NCBI GenBank assembly: GCA_028289965.1
Contig: JAQGKS010000033.1
Location: forward strand, 1-32,527
Direction of reading: 5' to 3'
Origin: Sphingomonas bacterium
Lineage (GTDB): Bacteria; Pseudomonadota; Alphaproteobacteria; Sphingomonadales; Sphingomonadaceae
Length of the DNA stretch: 32,527 bases
Shown here: one piece after another, positions 1 through 7,734 of the stretch
How the letters are laid out: every line of letters starts with the position of its first letter
Numbering within the stretch: the stretch's first letter is position 1
Made by a program: the position numbers and the translations under genes
The notes under the pieces: model-generated
The model's database searches: none
The model's input: only the letters and a program-made list of their open reading frames with translations
What the model was told of the DNA's origin: nothing

Positions 1-1
1 C

Positions 2-445
2 GCCGCGGCGCGCTTTGCCGAGGCGCACGCCCAGGCGCCGGCGATGGAGTCGCGCGTCGTGCGGATGGCGACCGACAATCGCTGCGATCCGCACGAATGG
101 CTGCGCCTGCCGGACGGGCGCATCCTCAAGGCCGACGCGCTGGATCATGATGCGGCGCACGACCTGATCGGCGCGCAGGATCTCGCCTGGGACGTGGCTG
201 GGATTGCCGCCGAGTTCGACCTCGACGAGGACGCCATGGGGCAACTGGTCGCGGCGACGGAGCGTGCCGCCGGCCGCGCGATCGACCGCGCTCTGCTCGG
301 CTTCCTGCTCCCCTGCTATTGCGCTTTCCGGCTGGGCGCGGCGCAGCTCGCCGCCGACGGGCTCGGCGGATGGACGGCGGAACAGGCGCGCAACCGAACC
401 GCGGTCGCGCGCTATGCCGCCCGGCTGGCGCGGCTGTTCGGCTGA
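2..445 (+). CDS. 3' part of a kinase/phosphotransferase-like protein (partial; continues upstream of the window)
   Basis: The frame is open from nt 2 with no stop, and the first in-window ATG is at 44. The segment CDPHEWLRLPDGRILKADALDHDAAHDLIGAQDLAWDVAG resembles the catalytic-loop/DxD region of APH-type (protein-kinase-like fold) phosphotransferases. Codon position 3 is G/C-rich. Confidence 0.4.
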   Translation, partial: AAARFAEAHAQAPAMESRVVRMATDNRCDPHEWLRLPDGRILKADALDHDAAHDLIGAQDLAWDVAGIAAEFDLDEDAMGQLVAATERAAGRAIDRALLGFLLPCYCAFRLGAAQLAADGLGGWTAEQARNRTAVARYAARLARLFG

Positions 446-1393
446 TCAGCCGGCCGGCATCCCGGCGTCGACCAGCCACAGCACCAGCGTGATCGTCAGG
501 AACGATGCCGTCGTCGCCGCCAGCAGCGCCGCCGCGCAGAAACGCTCCTGGCCGTATTTCTGGCCGAGGATGGGATAGATGCTCATCATCGGGATGCACG
601 AAAACACCAGCGCGGCGCGCCGCAGATCGGGGTTGGCGATCGGGATGATCTGCATGAACCCCAGCATCGCCAAAGGGTGGAGCAGCAGCTTGGCCGAGGC
701 GACCTGCGCGATCTCCCCCGCCATCCCCGCCACGCGCAGCCCGACCAGGGTGCCGCCGATCGCGAACAAGGCGACCGGGGCGGAGGCATCGGCGACCATC
801 GACACCGCCTTGGCGATCGGCCCCGGCAGATGCAGCCCGAGCAGGGAAAAGGCGCCCCCGGCGAGGATCGCCAGGATCAGCGGCGTGCGCGCCAGATTGG
901 CGAGGATGCTGGCGGCGATCGCCCCCGGCTTGGCATGCTGGCTGCTCCCCGCCTCGGCCAGCGCCAGCGCCACCGGCAGGACGACCAGATTTTCGATCAC
1001 CATCGTCAGCGCCAGCGCGACGCCCGCCACCGGCCCGAGGAACTGCGCCGCCACCGGATAGCCGATGAAGCCGCTGTTCGAGGCCGCGGTGCCGAGCGCG
1101 CGCAGCGTGCTGGCGGTGACGCCATGCTTTCGCGCCACCCGGAACCAGGCGAAGCTGCCGAGCATCACCGTCAGCGACCCCAGCCCAAAGACCGCGAGGT
1201 AGCGGGCATCGACGATCTCGCCGAGCGGCCGCTGGGCAAGCGAGCGGAACATCAACGCCGGCAGCGCGAAGGTGATGACGAAGCGGCCGAGCCCGCGGAT
1301 ATGATCGGGCGTGAACATGCCCTGCCGGGTGGCGAGATAGCCGAGCCCGATGATCAGGAAGATCGGCAGGGTGATCGCCAGGATCGGCAGCAT
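446..1393 (-). CDS. AEC (auxin efflux carrier) family transporter
   Basis: The ORF runs 446..1450(-). The ATG at 1393 gives MLPILAITLPIFLIIGLGYLATRQG..., a typical AEC/PF03547-type N-terminus. The protein is polytopic (about 10 hydrophobic segments). Its stop abuts the stop of the convergent gene (TGATCA at 443-448). Confidence 0.8.
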   Translation of the reverse strand: MLPILAITLPIFLIIGLGYLATRQGMFTPDHIRGLGRFVITFALPALMFRSLAQRPLGEIVDARYLAVFGLGSLTVMLGSFAWFRVARKHGVTASTLRALGTAASNSGFIGYPVAAQFLGPVAGVALALTMVIENLVVLPVALALAEAGSSQHAKPGAIAASILANLARTPLILAILAGGAFSLLGLHLPGPIAKAVSMVADASAPVALFAIGGTLVGLRVAGMAGEIAQVASAKLLLHPLAMLGFMQIIPIANPDLRRAALVFSCIPMMSIYPILGQKYGQERFCAAALLAATTASFLTITLVLWLVDAGMPAG

Positions 1394-1531
1394 GCGGACA
1401 CTTTCTGGTCGGGCCGTGTTGGCCGCGAGTAACCGCCACCCCGCCGCCACGCAATGCGCCTCGCGCGATCAGATCATGCACCATGCGCGCCGCGCCGCTA
1501 TGGCCGCCGCGCAGATCGAAGGGACCGCGCC

Positions 1532-2425
1532 ATGACGACCGACACTGCCGCCCGCGACGGCCGCCGCCGCACTGTGCTGCTGCCGCTCGCCGCCTTGCTG
1601 GTGGCGATGGTCTCGATCCAGTTCGGCGCGTCCTTTGCCAAGCGGCTGTTCCCGGTCGTCGGCGCGGAGGGCACTACCGCGCTGCGGCTGGGCCTCGCCT
1701 CGATCATCCTGTTCGCGGTGCCGCGGCCGTGGCGGAGCAGGCTGTCGCGCGCCTCGCTGCCGGCGTTGCTGGTCTATGGCGCGTCGCTCGGCGCGATGAA
1801 CCTGCTATTCTATATGGCGATCCGGACGGTCCCGCTCGGCATCGCGGTCGGGCTCGAATTTGTCGGGCCGCTCGCGGTCGCGATGGTCTCGTCGCGGCGG
1901 GCGATCGACTTTGCCTGGATCGCGCTGGCGGTGGCCGGGCTCGCATTGCTGCTGCCCGCGTTCGGCGGGGCGGGGTCGATCGATCCGGCCGGGGCGGCGC
2001 TGGCGCTGGCGGCGGGGGGATGCTGGGCGCTCTACATCGTCTTCGGGCAGAAAGCGGGCGCCGCGCACGGTGCGCAGGCGACGGCGTTCGGCAGCATCGT
2101 GGCGGCGCTGATCGTGATGCCGATCGGCATCGCGCATGCGGGAACTTCGCTGCTCGCGCCACCGGTGCTGCTGACCGGGCTGGTGGTGGCGCTATTGTCC
2201 AGCGCGCTGCCTTATTCGCTGGAGATGATCGCGCTCACCCGGCTGCCGACGCGCACCTTCGGCACGTTGATGAGCGGCGAGCCGGCGGTGGCGGCGGTGA
2301 TCGGCTTCGCCGTGCTGGGGGAGGCGCTAACCCCCGTGCAGTGGCTGGGGATCGGCGCGGTGATGCTCGCCTCGGCCGGAACCGCGCTCACCGCCCACCC
2401 CGCGGCGACCGCTTTGCCCGACTGA
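1532..2425 (+). CDS. rhtA: EamA/DMT-family threonine/homoserine exporter, RhtA-like
   Basis: ATG at 1532, 297 aa. The protein appears colinear with E. coli RhtA as I recall it (VAMVSIQFGASFAKRLFPVVGAEGTTALRL; LPYSLEMIALTRLPTRTFGTLMSGEPA). It is divergent from the AEC gene across a 138-bp spacer. Confidence 0.75.
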   Translation: MTTDTAARDGRRRTVLLPLAALLVAMVSIQFGASFAKRLFPVVGAEGTTALRLGLASIILFAVPRPWRSRLSRASLPALLVYGASLGAMNLLFYMAIRTVPLGIAVGLEFVGPLAVAMVSSRRAIDFAWIALAVAGLALLLPAFGGAGSIDPAGAALALAAGGCWALYIVFGQKAGAAHGAQATAFGSIVAALIVMPIGIAHAGTSLLAPPVLLTGLVVALLSSALPYSLEMIALTRLPTRTFGTLMSGEPAVAAVIGFAVLGEALTPVQWLGIGAVMLASAGTALTAHPAATALPD

Positions 2426-2520
2426 AGCCGTGCGCCGCAAATCGAAGTAGACAGGATCAACTTCTTCGCTAAGAACGGCGCCGGTGATGCCGCGCAGATG
2501 GCGACACGGGAGGGGCATGC

Positions 2521-3009
2521 ATGAACGGCTGGCTGGAAGGACTTTCTGCCTACCTCGAGACGTTCGGGCTGCATCAGACCATGCAGACCGTCGAGTGGGC
2601 CGTGCCCGCGCTGCAGACGATCCACATCCTGGCGATCGGCGTCGTGTTTTCATCGTCGCTCGTTGTGGCGCTGCGCGTCGCGCATATTTCCGGCATCGAA
2701 TGGTCCCCGGCGCGCTGGGGCAAGCGGCTCGATCGATGGGTGTTCACCGCCCTCGCCGTTTTGCTGGTCAGCGGCGCGGTGCTGATCATCGGCGAACCGG
2801 CGCGCTCGCTGTTGAGCCCGATGTTCCAGATCAAGATCCCGCTCGTCATCGTCGCCGCGATCCTCGTCTGGGTGCTCGGCCATCGACTGCAGCGGCTGGA
2901 TCCGCCGCATCGTGCGACGGGCACGGAAAAGCTGCTGGCGATCCTGATCGTGCTGCTGTGGATCGCGGTCATCTCGGCCGGGCGATGGATCGCTTATTAT
3001 ACGATCTGA
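2521..3009 (+). CDS. small polytopic membrane protein of unknown function (paralog 1; DUF6644-like)
   Basis: 162 aa with about 4 TM segments. A GGGAGGGG RBS lies just upstream. The protein ends ...WIAVISAGRWIAYYTI, matching the C-terminal motif of the next gene (WIAIVALGRWIGFTM). Confidence 0.6.
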   Translation: MNGWLEGLSAYLETFGLHQTMQTVEWAVPALQTIHILAIGVVFSSSLVVALRVAHISGIEWSPARWGKRLDRWVFTALAVLLVSGAVLIIGEPARSLLSPMFQIKIPLVIVAAILVWVLGHRLQRLDPPHRATGTEKLLAILIVLLWIAVISAGRWIAYYTI

Positions 3010-3046
3010 ATGATCGGACCGCAGGATAGCGCGTCGGGGAGAGGCA

Positions 3047-3544
3047 ATGTTCTACGAATTCCTCCAGATGATCGCCGACAGCCAGATCGGCACGGTGGTC
3101 CGAGAGAATGGCCTCATATTTCCATGGCTGGAGGTGCTCCACGTGCTGGGCATCTCGGCGGTGATCGGATCGATCGCGATCGTCGACCTGCGCTTGCTCG
3201 GGCTGGCGTCGACGACCTATCCGGTGTCGCGGCTGGCCAAGTCGATGCTGCCGATCACGTGGATCGGCTTCGGCTTCGCGGTGGTCACCGGGCTGCTGAT
3301 GTTCAGCTCGCAGCCGATCACCTATTTCGACAATTTCGCCTTCCGCATGAAGATGCTGACGCTGCTCGCCGCTGCGCTCAACATGGCGGTGTTCCACCTG
3401 CTGACGTGGCGCGGGCTGGCGCTGTGGGATCGGGACGCGCCGGTGCCGGGCGCCGCCAAGATCGCCGGGCTGCTGTCGATCCTGATCTGGATCGCGATCG
3501 TCGCGCTCGGCCGGTGGATCGGCTTTACGATGGACCCCTTCTGA
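3047..3544 (+). CDS. small polytopic membrane protein of unknown function (paralog 2; DUF6644-like)
   Basis: 165 aa, starting 37 nt after paralog 1. Its topology and motifs are shared with paralog 1 (PWLEVLHVLGISAVIGS vs PALQTIHILAIGVVFSS; GRWIGF vs GRWIAY). Confidence 0.6.
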   Translation: MFYEFLQMIADSQIGTVVRENGLIFPWLEVLHVLGISAVIGSIAIVDLRLLGLASTTYPVSRLAKSMLPITWIGFGFAVVTGLLMFSSQPITYFDNFAFRMKMLTLLAAALNMAVFHLLTWRGLALWDRDAPVPGAAKIAGLLSILIWIAIVALGRWIGFTMDPF

Positions 3545-3617
3545 AGCGGAGGCTCCGGGGCATGGCCTCCCGCCCGTCGTCGCCGCCCGCGGGTTGCGCA
3601 GGCGGCGCGGCGGCGGC

Positions 3618-4193
3618 TTATTTGGCGCGCTGGGCGGTCAGCTGGATCGTCAGCGCGATCGACTTCGACACCCACGCCCCCTGCGCATCGGACTGCGCCC
3701 CAAGGCCGAGCGCGACGCGGTCGAGCGCCGTCCGTCCGGTCATCGTCGCGGTGTTGCCGGCGATCTTGAGCGTGAAGGGCAGCCGCACCGGCACCGCCTT
3801 GCCCTTGATCGTCAGCGTGCCGTCGGCAACGTAGCGGCCCGGGCCCGCCGCGCTGATCCGCCCGGTGGTGAAGGTCGCGCGCGGGAACTCGCCGGGGTTG
3901 AACCATTCGGCGCCCGCCAGCGTCGTTTCCTGGAACTTGTCGCCGGTACGCGCCGTCGCCGTCGCGATCACGACATTGGCCTTCGATGCGGGCAGGTTGG
4001 CGGGATCGAACCGGATCGTCGCCGCCCAGTTGCCGAACGTGCCGGTGAAGGCGTTGCCCGCGTGGATCCCCGAAAAGCTGATCTTGCTGCGCGCCGGGAT
4101 CACCGTCCAGGCCGACGGGGCCGGGGCTGCGGCGATGCTCGCCCCTGCCACACCCAACGTGGCTAGCCCGGCGGCGATCGCGAAGGTCTTCAT
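3618..4193 (-). CDS. yceI: YceI-family periplasmic polyisoprenoid-binding protein
   Basis: The ATG at 4193 gives MKTFAIAAGLATLGVAGASIAAAP, a signal peptide. The body (SKISFSGIHAGNAFTGTFGNW..., GTLTIKGKAVPVRLPF...) is typical of YceI. The longer ORF call to 4403 overlaps the upstream gene and was rejected. Confidence 0.8.
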   Translation of the reverse strand: MKTFAIAAGLATLGVAGASIAAAPAPSAWTVIPARSKISFSGIHAGNAFTGTFGNWAATIRFDPANLPASKANVVIATATARTGDKFQETTLAGAEWFNPGEFPRATFTTGRISAAGPGRYVADGTLTIKGKAVPVRLPFTLKIAGNTATMTGRTALDRVALGLGAQSDAQGAWVSKSIALTIQLTAQRAK

Positions 4194-4206
4194 CGTCACT
4201 GTATTC

Positions 4207-4857
4207 CTATCCTTGCTCTGAGGCCCGATCGGCGGCGGGGTTGGCGCCGCGCGGCGCCCGGACGAGCGGCAACATGCCGGCAAGCACCGAGTCGCGATCG
4301 AAGAAATGGTGCTTGAGCGCCGCCGCGCTGTGCAGCACGACCAGCGCGACCGCGCCCCACGCCAGGCTTTCATGCACCGACATAGACGCCGACGCCGCGG
4401 CACTGCGCGTCGCGTTCGACGCCTCGACCAGCCCCGGCAGATGCGGCCACTCGAACAGGCCGAACCACAAGGTGGGAATGGCGAAGGGCATGTTCATCGC
4501 GCTGTTCCAGCCGGCCGAAACATAGATCCAGCCGGTGATCGGCATGACCAGCATCACCGCGTAGAGCAAAATGTGGCTGATCCGTGCCGCCGCTTTCTCC
4601 CAGCCCGGCATATGATCCGGCAGCGGCGGAAAGCGGTGCGTCAGCCGCCACAACAGCCGCAATACGCTCAGCGCAAGGATCGTCAGCCCGATCGACTTGT
4701 GGAGCTGATAGGCGCGGAACACGCGCGATGCCTCGGCCGGGTTGCTCAGATTGTCGGTCATCCACCAACCGAGCGGCACCATCGCGATAATCGCCAGCGC
4801 GATCGTCCAATGCAGGAAGATGGCGACAGCGCTGTACCTGCTCGTCCCCGCGCTCAT
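4207..4857 (-). CDS. cytochrome b561 family protein (CybB/YceJ-like)
   Basis: 216 aa with 4 TM segments. The N-terminus RYSAVAIFLHWTIALAIIAMVPLGWWM and the conserved His positions (LHW, LHKS, HILLY, VLH) fit cytochrome b561. It lies 13 nt upstream of yceI, the classical yceJ-yceI arrangement. Confidence 0.8.
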   Translation of the reverse strand: MSAGTSRYSAVAIFLHWTIALAIIAMVPLGWWMTDNLSNPAEASRVFRAYQLHKSIGLTILALSVLRLLWRLTHRFPPLPDHMPGWEKAAARISHILLYAVMLVMPITGWIYVSAGWNSAMNMPFAIPTLWFGLFEWPHLPGLVEASNATRSAAASASMSVHESLAWGAVALVVLHSAAALKHHFFDRDSVLAGMLPLVRAPRGANPAADRASEQG

Positions 4858-5073
4858 CGCTTGTCATCCTCCCGTCCCGCTCGGCGCTCGCCCCGGCCGG
4901 CCTTTCTAGCGTCCCAGTGGACAAGGTCAACCAACTCGGCCAAATGCTCTGCTTGGCCCTTGTGCCGATGGGGGAAGCGGACCAACGATCCCGGGCTTTC
5001 CCGGCATGCACAATCCGGACGGAGATCGCACCTGTCGAGCGTAGCTGAGCCGGTCAACCCGGCAGATGATTCA

Positions 5074-6075
5074 ATGTCGATCAAGCGCAGCGTCGTGCAC
5101 GCGCGGCTGCCCCCGTTGCTCATCTCGGCGCGGCTGAGCAGCGAACTCGCCTATCGGCGCCAACTCGGCCTGATCGAGTTGCACCGCCGGCTGCTGTCGC
5201 TGATCGGCAATTATGACGGGCTGACCTCGGTCGAGCTGGTCGCGCTCAGCGGCCAGGAAAAGGCGCAGATCAGCCGCGCGGTCAAGGCGTTGACCGAAGC
5301 CGGGCTGATCGAGCGCGCCAGCCTGCGTGCGCGGATCCAGCTCAGCGACGCGGGCCGGAAGGCATTCGAGGCGATCATGGCGCTCGCCCGGGTGCGCACC
5401 ACGGCGCTGACCGACGGCATCGCCGCGGACGAGCTGGCGCAGTTCGCGACGATGACCGCCAGGTTGATCGAACGCGCGGCGATGCTGCTCGCCGAGGAAC
5501 GCCAGCGCTCGGACGCGCTCGCCGCCGCCGCCGCGCCAGGGGAGGAGGGCCGCCCGCCGCTGGCCGAGCCGCCGCCGCTGCCCGATCTGGCGCGCGTGCC
5601 CGATGCGTCGCGGCCTTTGTCGCAAATGCCGATCCCCCAGCTGATCACGCTGTCGGCCTATCTTCAGCGCAGCGCGACGATCGCCTATCGGCGGGAAACC
5701 AACCTGTCGATCTTCGGCTGGCGCGTGCTGTCCGAGATCGGCGAGAATGAGCCGGTCACCCTCGCCCGGCTGATCTCGCTGATCGGCCGCGACAAGAGCC
5801 AGGTCGGACGCGCGGTCCACCGGCTCGAGGCCGATGGTGCCGTGGTCCGCCAGAATGTGCGCGGCCGGCGCGACATCCTGCTGTCGACGACCGAGATGGG
5901 CGCGCGGATCTTCGAGGAGATCCGGACGGAGGCGCTGCGCCGCGACGCCTATCTGTTCGCGGGGTTTTCGGGCGCCGAGCGGGGCAGCTATCTGGCGACC
6001 GTCGACAAGCTCACCGCCAATTCCGAAGCGCTGCTGGAACGCGAGCAAGCGAGCATGTCGACGGATTCCGACTGA
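5074..6075 (+). CDS. MarR-family transcriptional regulator with two tandem MarR wHTH domains in one polypeptide
   Basis: ATG at 5074 (MSIKRSV...), 333 aa. Domain 1 (AYRRQLGLIELHRRLLSLIGNYDGLTSVELVALSGQEKAQISRAVKALTEAGLIER) aligns with domain 2 (AYRRETNLSIFGWRVLSEIGENEPVTLARLISLIGRDKSQVGRAVHRLEADGAVVR). The offset is 178 aa, and a Pro/Ala-rich linker joins the domains. Confidence 0.75.
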   Translation: MSIKRSVVHARLPPLLISARLSSELAYRRQLGLIELHRRLLSLIGNYDGLTSVELVALSGQEKAQISRAVKALTEAGLIERASLRARIQLSDAGRKAFEAIMALARVRTTALTDGIAADELAQFATMTARLIERAAMLLAEERQRSDALAAAAAPGEEGRPPLAEPPPLPDLARVPDASRPLSQMPIPQLITLSAYLQRSATIAYRRETNLSIFGWRVLSEIGENEPVTLARLISLIGRDKSQVGRAVHRLEADGAVVRQNVRGRRDILLSTTEMGARIFEEIRTEALRRDAYLFAGFSGAERGSYLATVDKLTANSEALLEREQASMSTDSD

Positions 6076-6122
6076 CCGGCGCGCACGCGCCAAGGGCGTG
6101 GCGCTGCGTCGATGACGGGGTG

Positions 6123-6154
6123 AAGGCGGACGCGCCGGGCGCGCGATCCGCCTT
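6123..6154. terminator. GC-rich hairpin between convergent genes (candidate bidirectional terminator, no U-tract)
   Basis: aaggcggacgcgcc-g-ggcgcg(cga)tccgcctt forms about 14 bp of stem with a 3-nt bulge. It sits in the 84-nt gap between the MarR stop (6075) and the DUF6152-like stop (6160). Confidence 0.4.
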
Positions 6155-6159
6155 CGCGC

Positions 6160-6576
6160 TCAGGAAGCCTTGGGGGTTTCGGTCGGGCTGTTGAGCTGGC
6201 GCAGCGTCCGCCCGTTGGGCAGCGTGATGCTGACGTTGAAGCCGCCCTTGCGGCCGTCCTTCAGCGAATAATAGGTCAGCGCGATCTTGTCGCCGCGCTT
6301 GAGCGTGCGCTTGGACCATCCGGTGCGGCCGAGATGGTTGGGGCTCATCCCCTCGAACGCCCAGCGCTCGGTCGCGCCATTCTTGGCCGGGATCGTGACG
6401 TAGAGGAAGGTGTGCGGATTGGTCCAGTCCCACCGCTCGACCGTGGCGTTGGCCATCTTGACCTCGGTGCCCCAGTTGAACATCGCGGTCGAGTGATGCG
6501 CCTCGCCCGGCACGGCAAGAACGGCCGCGACGGCCATTGCCGGCATGACGAAGGACCTGGACAGAAAACGCGACAT
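6160..6576 (-). CDS. secreted DUF6152-like protein
   Basis: 138 aa, with an AAGGAG RBS upstream. The signal peptide is MSRFLSRSFVMPAMAVAAVLAVPGEA, followed by HHSTAMFNW. As I recall it, the AHHS..MF.. start is the hallmark of the DUF6152 family. Confidence 0.6.
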   Translation of the reverse strand: MSRFLSRSFVMPAMAVAAVLAVPGEAHHSTAMFNWGTEVKMANATVERWDWTNPHTFLYVTIPAKNGATERWAFEGMSPNHLGRTGWSKRTLKRGDKIALTYYSLKDGRKGGFNVSITLPNGRTLRQLNSPTETPKAS

Positions 6577-6617
6577 CTAAAGCACTCCTTGACGTAAGCC
6601 GGATCGGACCCGCCCGC

Positions 6618-7379
6618 TTATTGCTCGATATTCATCGACGGCCGGCCGAATTCATCGGCGGCGTCGCGGTTATTTTCCTGGCAGACATATTCGCGAATGT
6701 CCCAGTCGCGATGGCGGACATAGGCCTGCTTGAGTTCGAACGGCTGGGCGAACAACGTCGGATCGGTGATCGTCGTCGTCGCCAGCATCATGTCGGGCTT
6801 CTCGAGCCGGAACGTCTCGCGGATGCGCGTCTGTTCGGTCGGGTGGATTCCCGGAAGGATGCTGGTGGCCGGGTTGAGGCCGATCGTGTCGACGATCAGC
6901 GTGTCCCCTTCCCAGCGCCCGACCGACGAGCCGTTATAGGTCGGATCGGGATCCTCCGGCAGGGCCCGGCCATCGGTATAGATGCGGCGGACCTGGCTGT
7001 AGGTCTCGATCGCGATCGTCACGCGGCCGGGGGAGAAGATGAACTCGATCGGGTAGGGCATGCGCATGATCTGCGGCATGCCGTTGGGCACGCAGTTCGC
7101 CGCCTCGGTCTGTAGATTCTCGCCCTTGGCCTGCTTGGCCTTGAACGCGGCCAGGGTCTGGGCGGCGGCGGGGGTGAAGGACGGGGTCGGGCCGGTGCGC
7201 GGGCCATAGAGCGTCGACCAGTCGGGCTGCCACGTGCCGCTCCAGTCGGGCAGCTTGGCGAGCGCGGCATAGTCGGCGGCCGTCGCGGGCTTCACGTCGG
7301 CGGCAGCGGCCGTTGCGATGGCGATCGCGCCGAGCGCCCCTGCCAGTGGCAGCATCCAGCCGTTCAGGCGATTCCCCAC
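6618..7379 (-). CDS. secreted protein of unknown function (conserved partner of DUF6152-like genes)
   Basis: 253 aa with the signal peptide ...GALGAIAIATAAAADV. It has two Cys (NCVPNGMP, EYVCQENN) and a YNGSSVGRWEGDTLIVDTIG motif. It lies 41 nt upstream of the DUF6152-like gene on the same strand. Confidence 0.6.
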   Translation of the reverse strand: MGNRLNGWMLPLAGALGAIAIATAAAADVKPATAADYAALAKLPDWSGTWQPDWSTLYGPRTGPTPSFTPAAAQTLAAFKAKQAKGENLQTEAANCVPNGMPQIMRMPYPIEFIFSPGRVTIAIETYSQVRRIYTDGRALPEDPDPTYNGSSVGRWEGDTLIVDTIGLNPATSILPGIHPTEQTRIRETFRLEKPDMMLATTTITDPTLFAQPFELKQAYVRHRDWDIREYVCQENNRDAADEFGRPSMNIEQ

Positions 7380-7588
7380 AAAGTCCTCCCATCGCGGCGC
7401 TCTCCAGCGCCTTCGCCGCGGCTTATCGGACAGAGGGTAGACTTAGTCAACTCGGCTGATCGGGGGCGATGCGGCCGGGTGACACCCCGCGATGAAACGA
7501 CAGAATCAACTTGGCGTGGCTATTGTCAACTTGCGGATGCCTCGGTACGCGCACGTTCCAACGCGCCGCAAGAGCGCGACGGGGAGGA

Positions 7589-7615
7589 GGCCGGCCGCTG
7601 ATCAAGCGGCCGGCC
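7589..7615 (+). promoter_or_regulatory. perfect 11-bp GC hairpin in the leader of the TonB-dependent receptor gene
   Basis: ggccggccgct-gatca-agcggccggcc lies 120 nt upstream of the start codon. A second, imperfect GC hairpin follows (gccggcgccgcgcgctgcggcggccggc). No U-tract is present. Confidence 0.35.
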
Positions 7616-7734
7616 CGCCTATCGCTGCCGGCGCCGCGCGCTGCGGCGGCCGGCATTCTCCCCGACCCGTCACGTCGTCCAAGCCCGGCCCGGCGATCCG
7701 GAGGGTGCGGACCGGATACCAAAGGGAGAGTGCC

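Noticed and set aside
3545-3617. A possible bidirectional terminator between the second paralogous membrane gene and yceI.
   Set aside because: Only short, imperfect GC stems are present (GGAGGC...GCCTCC and GCCGCC...GGCGGC), with large loops and no U-tract. That is too weak to call.
4306-5073. An N-terminal extension of 256 codons to the MarR ORF, giving the 589-aa call starting at 4306.
   Set aside because: The extension runs antisense through the cytochrome b561 gene and the intergenic region, and it is Arg/Pro-rich nonsense. The MarR homology begins only after the ATG at 5074.
7492-7734. An in-frame 81-codon extension of the TonB-dependent receptor, giving the 1088-aa call.
   Set aside because: Third-position composition in the first part is not coding-like, and the peptide is Arg/Pro/Ala-rich with no signal peptide. 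The ATG at 7735 has a good RBS and is followed immediately by a signal peptide.
7380-7734. A possible cobalamin or other riboswitch in front of the TonB-dependent receptor.
   Set aside because: I could not find the B12 box (GCCACTG-type), the GGGAA...GGTG..AATCC core, or TPP/other conserved cores by eye. Only generic GC hairpins are present. An Infernal/Rfam scan is needed for a definitive answer.
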